Shown one piece after another: positions 35,595-46,876 of a DNA stretch of 64,000 bases. Positions within the stretch are counted from its first letter, which is position 1, and the number at the start of each line of letters is the position of its first letter. The position numbers and the translations under genes are program-made. The notes beneath the pieces were generated by a model. That model was not told where the DNA came from. It saw only the letters and a program-made list of their open reading frames with translations, and searched no databases. The stretch comes from Vicugna vicugna (taxonomy: Eukaryota), in the NCBI GenBank assembly GCA_013265495.1, contig MU058584.1:2389599-2453598 (forward strand), in the 5' to 3' direction.

Positions 35595-36220
35595 TGACGT
35601 CACTGATGCAATGGGTGATTAGGTGGAGGAGGGGTCCCCCCAAATAAGCGTGCCAGCACCCTCCTTCAGCCAATCATGTAATACAGTATAATGGAGTCGG
35701 GGTACAGGATGTGTGTGTATTTTTAAAAAATTTCCAAGTCATGCTTCTCACTTCTGCTGAGAACCATTCCAAGCCTGTCTCAGAGCTTGCATCAAGTAGG
35801 GTGCCAGCATCTGCCATCTCTGGCACCATCCACCTGTCTTGTGGCCGGGGTTTTGGAAGTCCACCTCCGTAACTTGGGTTCAACTTAAGACAATGACAAA
35901 AAGATCTTCCAGGAAGCAATTTGGTGTTGGGGGAGGAAGCCACTCAGGGCTTCCCTAGGCAATGATGTAAACCAACCAACCCTCCAGGGGCGACTTCTCC
36001 TGAAAGCTGATTCACGCACGAGATGTCGCAAGTCAGTGACAACCAAAACGAGGGAATGGAAGGTGCTTGTCATGTTGCAGTTCCCCGGCACTGAAGCAGT
36101 TTTGATTAGTTCTCAAGTCCTGGAGATAAGCTGGCCCAAGGAGTGAGAAGATAAGCGAGGGAGAAATCTCAGGTTGAAGTCAGGGAGCTGGTGAGTCAGA
36201 GTGTCCCTTGGGAGCACCTG
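35595..36220. promoter_or_regulatory. Candidate stress/signal-responsive enhancer (CRE, three C/EBP-ATF elements, CCAAT, GAS, AP-1, EBF, E-box)
   Basis: TGACGTCA 35595-35602; TGATGCAAT 35604-35612; AGCCAATCA 35668-35676; CTTGCATCA 35786-35794; TTCCAGGAA 35907-35915; TGATGTAAA 35963-35971; TGAGTCA 36192-36198; TCCCTTGGGA 36204-36213; CACCTG 36215-36220. Motif matches only. Confidence 0.5.
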
Positions 36221-36738
36221 GCTGAGCGTCACGGACCCAAGGGTCAGAGGCAGTGCAGCCTCTCCGTGGGGATGCCCTGCTGGTAGGTGCCGCCTCCTGC
36301 TCTGACCGCAGCTCTCTGGATCTGACGGACTTGTGAGCTTTGGAAGCAGGTACTAGCCAGAGGTGTGTTTACCCAGAGAAGAAGAGGGGAGGGGAAAGGA
36401 GAGGTGGGAAATTGAAGACAGGAGCACATACTGACCTAAGAAAGTAGCCAAGTCCGCAGATCTTTGGGAAATTCAAAACTCTAAACTTGGGGTTGACTAT
36501 AGAAGCAATTTTGATATGAAAAGATGCTCCGTAAGAATATCAGCCCCAAGAGGGCAAAGACTTTCTGCCGTTCAAGCCATTGATTCCCACTAAAATGAGC
36601 CACCCCATTCAATTCAGATATGGGAAATAGTGCACCCAGCTGGGGCACTGGGGGAAGCTGTTAGGTTCTCTGTCAGGGAAGAGAAAGCAAAGAAGCCAGT
36701 ATTTAACAGCTGCCTGCTCTCTGTCTAGCACTTTAATG

Positions 36739-36904
36739 CTGCGGTTCCCAAACTTTGTTGCACATTCAAATCACCTGGGAAGCTTTTAAAACTCTCAAGG
36801 CCCCGTACTAATTAATTCACAACGTCTGGAGGTGGGAGTCAGGCATCAGCGTTTTAAAAGATTCCCAGTTGATTCCGTTGTGCAGCAAAGTTTGGGAATG
36901 ACTG
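36739..36904. mobile_element. MER5-family (hAT-Charlie) MITE inserted into an antisense MIR (about 36700-37100)
   Basis: Left TIR CTGCGGTTCCCAAACTTTGTTGCAC; reverse complement of the right end CAGTCATTCCCAAACTTTGCTGCAC. Interior AATCACCTGGGAAGCTTTTAAAA. MIR core TTTTACAGATGAAGAAACT follows. Confidence 0.9.
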
Positions 36905-38055
36905 TTTCCACACAATGTTCCTTTCGTCTAAAAAATAATCCTGGGAGACAGGCATAATGAAATCTAAAAGTCCTGTTTTACAGATGAAGAAACTTTGATT
37001 GCAAGAGGATAATCATTTGTCCAGGTCTGAGTGTCAACTGAGAGAGTGCCTCTGGATGTAAATACAGTGCTCTCTGATCCAATGGCCGCGCTCTTCCCAC
37101 GGTGTCTGGTACGATACTTAGCATATATATGAAGCATATTCTCATCCCTTAAGAGTGAATATTAGCTTTTGGGCGATGTCCCCCAGCTCAGTGAAGAAAG
37201 AAGAAGACATAAACCAAAAACCCTCGTAGTAAGAATTTAGGCTTGGATACTAGAGTGCATTTCCTGAAAGAGATTGTTCAGGCCAATTTAAATGAACAAT
37301 CCAAGGGCAATTTTGCATGAAATGAAGGAATCACACTTTTGTGAATCAAAATATTCCAAGAAAGATGACAAGTCATAATTGAAGGAGAGCCTGCTCCCAC
37401 CCGGGCTGTTCCGGTGACAATGAACTTTTCTTACGGATGCTCAGAGAGAGACAGATGCTCTGTGTGGCCGCAGGTAGGTTGTAGGACATTCAGCTCTCAC
37501 CAAACCTTCACTTACACTTTATCAGAGACGAAGGGCCATGTCTGACTCTTCAGATCCTTTGATATTGTTCTTCAAGGATAATGATCGTTAGAGCAGAAAG
37601 GAATCATTGACCGAGTTAGTTGCAGAGATGGCAGGGGAACATCTCAGCTCTTTGCAGGAGTCCCGGGGCCCAGGTCCAGATGAAAGGACTTTGTTCCCGG
37701 TTTGGTGGAAAATAGCTTTCAGACAGGACTCCAAAACCAAGATCTCTGAGAAACCATATCAAATATGAGGCAGAAAAGAATAAAATCCAAGCCAAGTTTT
37801 CAAGAAGGGGAAAAAAGATTGAATCTGGCACAGAGATAAAATAGATGTGGACTGTGTAGGAAAATTCTCAAACAGAGAATTATCAAATGATTAGTATTTA
37901 TAAAAGAAAAGAGTAGTCTTTGAGACTAGCATGGGTTCACCGTGATCAACTTATACACCCTGAATGCATGTCCTTATTTTGCTGTGGTTATCAAACTGAT
38001 GCCATAGTCTGTATCAGTAAGACATTTGACAATTTTAAAAATAGTGTCCTTGAGA

Positions 38056-38240
38056 GGGGGGAGGGTTTAGCTCAAGTGGTAGAGTGCATGCTTAGCATGC
38101 ATGAGGTCCTAGGTTCAATCCCCAGTACCTCCTCTAAAAATAAATAAACCAAATTACCTCCCCCCTTACCAAAATAATAATACAATAATAAATAAATAAA
38201 AATAAAAATAAAATGTTAAAAAATTATTTTAAAAAAAGTT
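38056..38240 (+). mobile_element. tRNA-Ala(AGC)-derived SINE of camelid Vic-1 type, with A-rich tail and degenerate TSD
   Basis: Head GGGGAGGGTTTAGCTCAAGTGGTAGAGTGCATGCTTAGCATGCATGAGGTCCTAGGTTCAATCCCCAGTACCTCC, with A box 38068-38079, AGC 38094-38096 and B box 38112-38122. A long AAATA tail follows. Flanks are AAAATAGTGTCCTTGAG (38038-38054) and AAAATGGTATCCTGTGAG (38241-38258). Confidence 0.92.
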
Positions 38241-39799
38241 AAAATGGTATCCTGTGAGCAAGATAAGAAGTGTGAATTTATTGAAAAACTCTTCTAAAAA
38301 TTCCTAGACTGATATTAACAATGGAGGAAAGTTTCTACTAGTAGTCATGATATTAACAGTAACCAATATTTGTTTATTGACTTAGTGCTTTACACATGCT
38401 TTCACTTTTATTAACTTACATGACGTCTCTAGTGATGTACTTGGTCCCATCTTGCTAAATATTTTTGGCATTGATTTGGGTGAACACCAAGCAAGCAATG
38501 ATGGGTGACAGAATCCTGGGAGGAACAACACTTCACGGGGGTCATTTAAATCAGAGATATTGGGGAAAGTTCAAGTCACTGTCAAAGTTTTCTAAAAGTA
38601 TCAGAAACTTTTCCTCAAGAAAATCTTTGGAAGACAGAGATGTATAAAAATAACAGGCGAGTTGCTTGGATTCCAGGATCTGGGAGGCCCTGTTCAGGCT
38701 CCTCTCCACAGTAGATAACCCTTTACTTTGTCTTCTCTTGGGAACTGGGTTGTGGGGCTGGTAGAGACAGAGGGAGTATCTCTGCTGAATTCCAGGCTTT
38801 TTGGAGTCCAGTGTAAAAATCCCCATGAACTCATGTGATTTCCAAGCCAACATCCAAAACAGATTAGATGAGATATTTCAAGCACAGCAATGCTGCTCCC
38901 ATGTCTGCCACTTTCTTCCAGACCTTCCGCACCTACAGAGTGGAATCAAGGTGGTAAGTAGGACAGACATCAAATGAGTCTCATCTGGGAGCAATGTTGG
39001 TCTTAAGAGCCCATGTCCACGGGAACCTGAGTGAGCATTATTAGTACAGCGGGAGGTTTATAGACATCAATTCCTACCCTCAGAGAACAGATGATCCAGA
39101 ACATAGAAAGGCAGAAAGGCATGATGGGAGATAGAGACGCCCTGACAGCCAACCAACAGCCACAGCACAGTCAGACTCGGCTTACCCTGTGCTCAGGTGC
39201 AAGGCGGGGGGCGGGAGAGAGATCACAGCGGGAGGTGTCACTCGTGTGTGCATTTTCCCCCACATGCGCAGGGGAGGAAAGCAGAAGGAACATTCAAGTT
39301 TCTAAGCAATTGAAAGTGTCTTTCATTTAGGAAGTTCTTCTTTATAAGTAGGAGAAACAAACAGGCCATTGCATCGCCTGGCTCCTTCCATAAGCAGAGA
39401 TTACCAGACAGCGCCCCCCACCCCCCGCCAAAGGCTGCCCCTTCAACTTGGGGTGCAAATGGCTTTGCAGTGGGACTTTTCTCCTGTACTTAACCTGCTG
39501 GAAGGGGATGTAGAATCAGCCTTGAGTTCACCCTGCCACTGGCTCCCTGTAGAAGTCTAGCACCCCAGTCCTGGAGCTGCAGGTGCTACCCAGTGCTGAG
39601 AAGGTAATGGGAGCCGAGGAGCAGTGGCCAGTGATGGACTCCAGGACCCAGAGATGGACTCTTATCTCAATGTGCTGGGTAGTGGTGGAGCGGCTGCTGC
39701 TTGGGTCACACACAGATGGGCTGAAGAGGTCAACAGTCTGGTGGGAAGGTGACAGTGCCCCAGGCTGTCTTGAATTTTATTTATTTTTTAATAGATAAC

Positions 39800-40305
39800 T
39801 TTATTTTTTATTGAGGTATAGTTGTTTTATAATATTATATTAGTTTTAGGTGTATGGTAGAGTGATTCAATATTTTTATAGATTATACTCCATGTAAAGC
39901 TATTATGAAACATTGGCTATATTCCGTGTGATGTACAATATATCCTTATAGCTTATTGATTTTATAGACAGTAGTTTGTACCTCTTAATCCTTACCCCAT
40001 CCTTACCCCTTCCACCTTCCATCTCCCCAATGGTAACCACTAGTTTATTTTCTATATCTGTGAGTCTGTTTCTATTTAGTTATATTCTTTTATTTTTTTA
40101 GGTTCCACATATAACTGATAACATACAAAGATAAACATACAAAGGTAACATTTGTCTTCCTCTGTCTTACTTATTGCACTAAGCATAATACCCTCCAGGT
40201 ACATCCATGGTGTTGCAAATGGCAAAATTTCACTCTTTTTTATGGCTGAGTAGTATTCCATCGTGCATGCATATACTCCCCATCTTCTTTATCCATCGGT
40301 TGATA
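39800..40305 (-). mobile_element. L1 3' end, older L1MA-like
   Basis: TTTTATTGAGGTATAGTTG tail. ORF 40076-40261(-) MEYYSAIKKSEILPFATPWMYLEGIMLSAIS is the L1 ORF2 C-terminus. Confidence 0.93.
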
Positions 40306-40669
40306 GATGCCTTGTGTTTCAATATGCTCTGTGTTGGAGTTTCTCCCCAACTAAATGGTGAGCTTACAGACAAGGAGATGCTATCCACCCACTTCCCCGT
40401 CTTCCCCTAACTCCCCAATGAAGCTTCTAACACACTGGGAAATACTCTGGGATAGTCTTTCTCAGAGTTCTCCCGTCCTTCAGTTACCTCCTCTGGCATT
40501 TGAGATGGCACAGAATCCTGGGATGTGCCTCATAACTACTGAATCAGACTCCCTTGAAGAGGGTCAGAACTGGAACATTTTAGAAGCTTCACAGATGACA
40601 CATGTATACATATATACAGGAATATATGTTTATGACCTGTTGGCCTAGAATGGGATTTAAAAGTCACAG

Positions 40670-40910
40670 CTGCATAATGTTGGATGCTGAAGCCAGGCTG
40701 CCTGAGTTTTAAACCCCAGCTCTGCCCTTACTCACTTTAAGACCTTGGGCAAGTTACTCAACCTTTTGTGCCTTGACTTCCCCATCTGTAAAGTGGGGAT
40801 GATAATAATAATCCCTACCTCATAGAGTTGTTGTGACGATTCAATGAATTTGCACATATCGAGCCCTGAGCACAGTGTCTGGCATGCAGTAAGCCACCCT
40901 AAATGTAAGC
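40670..40910 (+). mobile_element. MIR SINE, well preserved
   Basis: GACCTTGGGCAAGTTACTCAACC..CCCATCTGTAAAGTGGGGATGATAATAATAATCCCTACCTCATAGAGTTGTTGTGA. Confidence 0.92.
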
Positions 40911-41239
40911 AGTTTTCACCTGGTTTTACCCAATTTGTAGAGGAGGAGCCTGTTTATGTCTTGGGGAGAACTGGAGTCCAGGTCTCTGAGCTCCCAAGGC
41001 AGGGCCCATTCTGCTTCTGTTCCTTCCCCTTCTCTTTTCAAGAGGATTCAGAATTTCAGTCTCCAAGAACGACCTGCACATGCTTTTTAAAAGCGGATCT
41101 CTGGGGAAACCAAAAAGGTCTGTCATTTGGAGAACCAGTTCTGAGCGCCACCAGGGCGTGTTAGGTCAGAACCCAGGGGAGAAACCCCTGTCAGAGAACA
41201 CGGAGTCGGAGGATTTCAAGGAAGCATCTTGTACCTCTC

Positions 41240-41345
41240 TCTTCCAGGTGAGGAAACTGAGGCCCCAGAGCTGCAGCGTCATGTCTGCAGTCCCAGGTTA
41301 TGACTTCAAGGCCCGGCTCCTGACTCCCAGTCTGATGCTCTGGCC
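41240..41345 (-). mobile_element. MIR core fragment
   Basis: CAGGTGAGGAAACTGAGGCCCCAGAG..CTCCTGACTCCCAGTCTGATGCTCT. Confidence 0.65.
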
Positions 41346-42669
41346 TCTCCCCGACCCCGGAAAGGAGGCCACGTGCAGGGTGGACCCTTGCAGACTGTGC
41401 CACGCCCAGATCTGCTAGCCCAGGCAGCAGTGCCGTCGGCTCGCAGTCTGAAAGCACAGGCTCTGAAGTGTTTGTGAGCAGGGCTTGGAATAAACCAACT
41501 CAGAGTCATTGGATTTTGGTGGGAAGGGCCCTCTGGGATTCCTCTAAGTCATGAGAGCAAAGCATTGAAGATGACCCCAGTCTTGTCCTTTTTATAACTT
41601 CCCCCAAGTGAGGGGGGTTCCTCATACAGGTACCTCCTTACTGCTTGTACCAAGTTGCTGTGACATTGGATGTCTCTGTGGCCGCCTGCCCTTTGCAGCT
41701 TCCCAAAGACAGTCTTGGCTTCAGCGAAAGATTCCCATCAGGCACCTCTTCTCCTTGGGCCATAACTGCTTTACACGCAATAAACGTCTGCCCTCTTCAG
41801 CATCCTCCACACAACTCCCTCTTACCTCAAGGTGGGATTCAGGGTCCCCGTTTCTGGCTGGGATGCAGAGAAAGGAGGACTGGTGAGAGCAGGCAGAAGA
41901 GAGAGAGCGCCAGGTGCCTGGAAACAACTCAGCATCTTGCCCTTGTTACTAATAATCCTCCCAAAATCACCGAATGGTTTCTCGGCATTAAAGTTATCGT
42001 TTGCCATAAACCCCTTGTCTGTTTTCTGGAGAGTTTAATATATGGCGGGAAGTTTCACCCATAAAAGGTGATGGCTGTGCTCCTGCGAGTGAGCTGGGCG
42101 TCTGTAACTTATGACCTTCATAAATGTGAGTGGGCCTTGCGAGCCAGTCCATCAGTCTTTGGAGTAATTCTGCTTCGTAGTAAAATATTTTACTGTGCAC
42201 ACTCCCGTCAGCGTTTGCCTCGGTGGCGTGGAGACTTCCCATTCAGGCTGCCTCTTGCTCCTCAGTCTTGTTCTATTGTCGATTATCTCACTGCCAGACT
42301 CCAGTTGGGGACCCAGAGAATCATCTTTGCTTTCTTCGGGCTGCAGCTCACTGGACTCGGAAAGTGGCGGGATGGATGTGGCATTATTTATCACTGTGAC
42401 ATTCTGGGTGCTTTGTCCCTTACAGAAGTGGAGGGAATCTGCCAAGGAAGTCATCGCTTTAACCAGAGACAGTCCTTCCATATCAAATGGGGCCGTGTGC
42501 TTGAAGGTGCTTTGCAAGCCGTAGAATCTTCTAGAAGCGTGAGAATGCCTTGTCACCCTGATGTAGCGTAGCAGTTAACATTCTGCACCACAGTCCCAGA
42601 GACCTAGGTAGGCTTTGTCGAATTTATCGCCTTGACACTGGCCCAGAAAGGAACCAAGCACTTTCCAGG

Positions 42670-42890
42670 CGTGGTGGAGCGGTAGGACAAATATTCCTCT
42701 CTGTGAGTTGAAGTCTCAGCTCGATCACCGGCTGCCTGTGTGACATCCGGCAAATTATTCACCTTCTCTGTGCCTCAGTTTCCAAAGATGTAAAATTCCT
42801 ATGCTGTCTTCATTGCAGTATTGTTATAAAGAGCAAACTAACTACCTTGTAAACAGCAAAAAACTCTGGAAGTGCCAAGTTTCCATGTTT
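42670..42890 (+). mobile_element. MIR SINE
   Basis: GTGTGACATCCGGCAAATTATTCACCTTCTCTGTGCCTCAGTTTCC..TGTAAAAT. Confidence 0.75.
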
Positions 42891-43294
42891 TTATGATAAG
42901 GGATGATGGAGGCGTAAAGACTTAAAAAAACAAAGTCAAGTGGAAAATGAGAGAGTTAATAAGAAGGATTTCAGAGGAAAAGAAGTAACTGGATATAGTA
43001 AGTGGAGTATGTAGCTCCCATAATTGGGTGTTGCAGCTATCATGGGGGGTGGGGAGGCAGTGGAAGCTGAGAAAAGTGTGACCATACTTGTTGGGGGGCA
43101 GGCTTAGTGAGGATGGGGGGACAGTTCATCTGTCCAGCAGCCTGCTGCTCCCAGAAATTGTCCATGGCCTGGCCTCAGGGGAATTCAGTTCATTTTCTCC
43201 TTTTGACGGGGATGGGGGAAGGAATAGCAACTTCACTCAGAAAGCCAGCTGACCTGGAAGCTGGGGGACTAGTGTCCTAGAGGACCATCTTCTG

Positions 43295-43425
43295 AATTCA
43301 TTTTCAACTCAACAAATATTTCTTGAATACCTCGTGTGTGCCAGGCTCTACTGTGGGATTTTGAGTTACATCTGTGAACAAAACAAAGATCTCTGCTTCC
43401 AGGGAGCTTACAGTCCAGAGGGGGA
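43295..43425 (-). mobile_element. L2 3' end
   Basis: CAACTCAACAAATATTTCTTGAATACCT..TGTGCCAGGC..GTGAACAAAACAAAG..CTGCTTCCAGGGAGCTTACAGTCCAG. Confidence 0.8.
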
Positions 43426-43814
43426 TGCTGTCTGCTACACGTACACACTGGACGCAGAGTTCCTCACATGCGAAGTGGAGCCTAGAGTAGCAGACACAGT
43501 CCAGCTGACTCTCCTGTACTCCAAGGAGACACTTGGGGAGGTTTATAAAAACTGTGGGTCATTGATCAGAGTCATCAGGCTCCATGGGGCTCTGCAAGTC
43601 TCTTTCCTCCCTCTTTCCCCCACCCTCTCCATCCCTCCCCTCCTCCCTCCCTTCCTCCCACTGTGTACATCATCCTTGTACTACAGGGCATACTGTGTTC
43701 TAAAATAGACCAGTAGGAACAAGTTTATTCCATCAGCGACTGGTGTGGCCAAATTTAGAATTCAACTTCAAACTTGCTTCCAAAGAACACTGAGTGAGTT
43801 TCTAGAAATATTTA

Positions 43815-43852
43815 GAAGGAAGGAAGGAAGGAAAGAAGGAAGGAAGGAAGGG
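43815..43852 (+). repeat. (GGAA)n microsatellite
   Basis: Read directly; one GAAA interruption. Confidence 0.95.
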
Positions 43853-43880
43853 TCGGGGGAGGGAGGGTCTGGAAATGACT

Positions 43881-44036
43881 GAACCAGCATCATCAGCATC
43901 ACCGGGGAACTTAGTAAAAGTGCAAATTATCAGATCTTACCCCAGACTTAATCAGAATCTCTAGGGGTGGGTCCCAGCAATCTGTGTCTTAATGAGATTT
44001 TCAGGTGTTTCTGAGGCTGAAGTTTGAGAACCACTG
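43881..44036 (+). mobile_element. MER5A, 5'-truncated
   Basis: ACCAGCATCATCAGCATCACCGGGGAACTT..TGCAAATT..AATCAGAATCTCTAGGGGTGGGTCCCAGCAATCTGTG..AAGTTTGAGAACCACTG. Confidence 0.92.
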
Positions 44037-44039
44037 CGC

Positions 44040-44235
44040 TGAGCTGCAGGTTGGATCTCTCACTCTCTTGGACCAGTCAGCTAGCTGGCACACAGTCTTC
44101 TCATGGCAACGGCACAGGCCCCAGAGGGAGAGCAGAAATATGCGGCACCTCTTAAGGTTTCGGGGAGGAACTGGTCCGCCCACGTTTTATTGCCAAAGCA
44201 AGACACATGACCAGGGTCCTGGATCCAAGGGAGGG
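44040..44235 (-). mobile_element. Old MLT1 (MaLR) LTR fragment
   Basis: TCTTCTCATGGCAACGGCACAGG..CCCACGTTTTATTGCCAAAGCAAGACACATGACCA resembles antisense MLT1J/K. Confidence 0.55.
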
Positions 44236-44279
44236 TGATGAACTGGCGCCAAGAATTCACTCCACCAAAGAACTTAACA

Positions 44280-44470
44280 AAAATAATACTGGCGCGGCAT
44301 TTTATGGTTTATAATGCTCTTGCACCTACGTTATCTCGTTTAACTCTTACAACAGCACTCTGGCGTGGGAAGTGTCTCCATTTAAGAGATAGAGGAAAGG
44401 AGGCTTTTAGATGCTGAGATCAAAGTCACACAGTTAATAAGACCTAGGTTTCCTGGCTCCAAGTTTGAAA
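44280..44470 (-). mobile_element. MIR SINE
   Basis: TTATCTCGTTTAACTCTTACAACAGCAC..CCATTTAAGAGATAGAGGAAA..AAAGTCACACAGTTAATAAG. Confidence 0.7.
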
Positions 44471-46179
44471 TTATTTTCATTGCATCAAACTTCTAGGCCA
44501 TAGGTTCATAAGAGCAAGCTTCCGAGTCTCTTTCATGATCAAAAAACATCTCCAATGCACAGCGTGGTAAATACTCTACAGTCCTTATGTACTTAGGGAG
44601 AATGAGTAACAGAAATGTAAGGAAAGATTTTCACCCATTAAGCAGCTTTCTACTCCACAGCTAGCTCTGTTCATCAGGTTTCAAAGTTCCAGTCTTTTTT
44701 GCTTCTAACATTTCCCCATTGCTTGAATTCCAAACTCCCATAAGTCTTCCCTTCAATATCCTATGTCCTCAAAATTTTGGTGCAATCAAATATTTCTATA
44801 GGAAACCTTCTCTGACTAATTTCCTAGTGACTGATTTTGCTGGAGGGTCAGAAGCTGGGGTTGGACAAGGACACAGAAGAAAAAGAGCAAATAAATGGAG
44901 CTTTCTTGTACAGCTGAAGATAGATGCTGGGGAGGGAAAGAAGATTAAGAAGGAAAACAAGAGTAAGAAGAAAACGTGGCACCGAGGACCTGACGTTTCT
45001 TGGTGCCATGCTGTAGAACTCAGACCCTGTCGGACACTTTTCTATCAGCCCGTGCTGAAGCAGAATTTTAGTGAATGCCTCTGATGTCTCTACAAGTTAA
45101 ATTTTTAAATATTTTAAATTGGATAAAATTTTGTTTGAAATATTTCAACAGATTAAATCCAAGAGAAAATATTTTTAAACACTCTTAGGAGGGGATTGGC
45201 TCCTAGAAAAAGATTCATTTGTCATTTCTATTTTTATGGGTAAGGCAAGCATCTTTGTCTCTTCCTTCTTTCCTGCCCAGCCTCCAGCTTTTCCCTCCTC
45301 CCCGGCTACCTGACAATTTTAAGACACCTGAGGTGCAACAGGAGCAAAATATGACCCTGATGCCGAATGTGATCTATAGGGAGCCCTGGCTGCACACCTT
45401 AATTATTGCTAACAAAGTAACATTTTAATAGCTTTAGGTTGAAATTGATGAGCGCTCCTGTTCAGTGGAAGCCTTGCAAAAACATGACATGACATCTTGT
45501 GGAAAAAAATAGAAAGAAAGGACACCACGGGTGTTAAATAACTGACTCTTCGTTGAATGGTCAGCTTTAAAAAAAAAAAAAAGGATATTGTCCTTGTTCA
45601 GCAACTTTTCCAAAGAACTCAAAGTCCATTAGAGCCCATATGTTCATCTAAGGCATTTCCACCTTTCTATAAATAGCATGCAAATATCATTCTCTCCTTT
45701 TACAGAAGAATAAGCCGAAGAAAGTCATCATGGAGGGGACAGTGCGAAGTCTTCTAGCAAAAGAAAGGTAAGGTGAGCAGCTAAACGTGAGCTTCTAAAT
45801 CCTTGAGGCCAGTGACTTCCAGTGACTTCTCCACCGATTTCTGCAATAATCTTAGTTGTAAACGGAAGGTATGGGTGTCATAATAGATGGTTGAGGGGAC
45901 TCCAGGGAACTAAGAAAAGAGGGCTCGACCTCCATCTTCCAAGGTCGATCTAATGAAGTCTCGGTATTCAGTGAGAATGACTCCCTGGGCACAAAGCAGC
46001 TCTTCAGCCCATCAGGAGCCTCTGAAGCATGCTCCTGGGGGATAAACCCAGTTAGCACACACAGCGGCTAAGATTTTTCAGGTCACACAGCTAGTCCACC
46101 ACATCCGTAACCTCGTCCGGCATCCGTGGTGGTATTTGATTTTGATCATTAGTCCATGGAAGTCACACCTCATTTGAAA

Positions 46180-46532
46180 TGTCTTAGTTCATTCAGGCGG
46201 CTTAACAAACTATCATGGACTGGGTGGCTTTAAACAACAGAAATTTATCCCAGTCGGGAGGCTGGGAATTCTAAGATCCAAGTGCTGGGAGACTGAGTGT
46301 CTGGTGACAGCCCACTTCCTGGTTCACAGGTAGCACCTTTCACTGTGACCTTACCTGGCAGAAGGGATGTGGGAGCTCTCTGGGATCTCTTTTATTGGGA
46401 GTTAATCCCATTTATGAGGGTTCTGCTCTCATAATCTAAGTACATCCTAAAAATCACCTCCGAGTACCATCACGTTTGGGAATTAGGATTTCAACATTTT
46501 GAATTTTGAGGACATAAACATTTGGTCCGATG
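46180..46532 (-). mobile_element. MLT1A-type solo LTR (MaLR)
   Basis: TGTCTTAGTTC..GACTGGGTGGCTTTAAACAACAGAAATTTAT..GTGTCTGGTGA..TTAGGATTTCAACA..GGACATAAACATT. Confidence 0.88.
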
Positions 46533-46876
46533 TCTGTTTGTAAGGACAAAAGCCAAACTTTGAATTTTTAAATTTTTTCCCTTTTTCCTTGCATTTCTAC
46601 ATCCTGGGTGGCGAGTAAGGAACAGCTCACTGCTGGTTGAGTCTGGAGGGAGGAGGTGGTAGGACAACTTACCAAGGAAGGTGGCAGATTAATACTTCAA
46701 ACTATTCTCCACCATTACAAATTTGTTCCCATCATCAAAAGGAAGGCAGAATAAATCCAGACAGAGTAGAAATAAGGCTCTTTCTCAAGAATTAACCACT
46801 CAATAAGAGGGAAAATTGAGGAAAGAGTTTAAGTGAGCAGAGGAGGAAGAGGAGAAAGAGCTATTAAAACAGACGA

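Noticed and set aside
38056..38132. Functional tRNA-Ala gene
   Set aside because: Stem-disrupting substitutions, an A-rich tail and a TSD show it is a retroposed SINE.
41141..41160. CTCF-like motifs here, near 50801-50816 and near 19668-19682
   Set aside because: They mismatch the strongly conserved 5' CC and A positions of the core.
41645..42571. Dense overlapping ORFs on both strands
   Set aside because: No homology recognised and no convincing splice structure; better explained as non-coding regulatory DNA.
45809..45828. 10-bp tandem duplication CCAGTGACTT x2 and similar micro-duplications (about 3822 and 16523)
   Set aside because: Ordinary slippage events with no supporting context.
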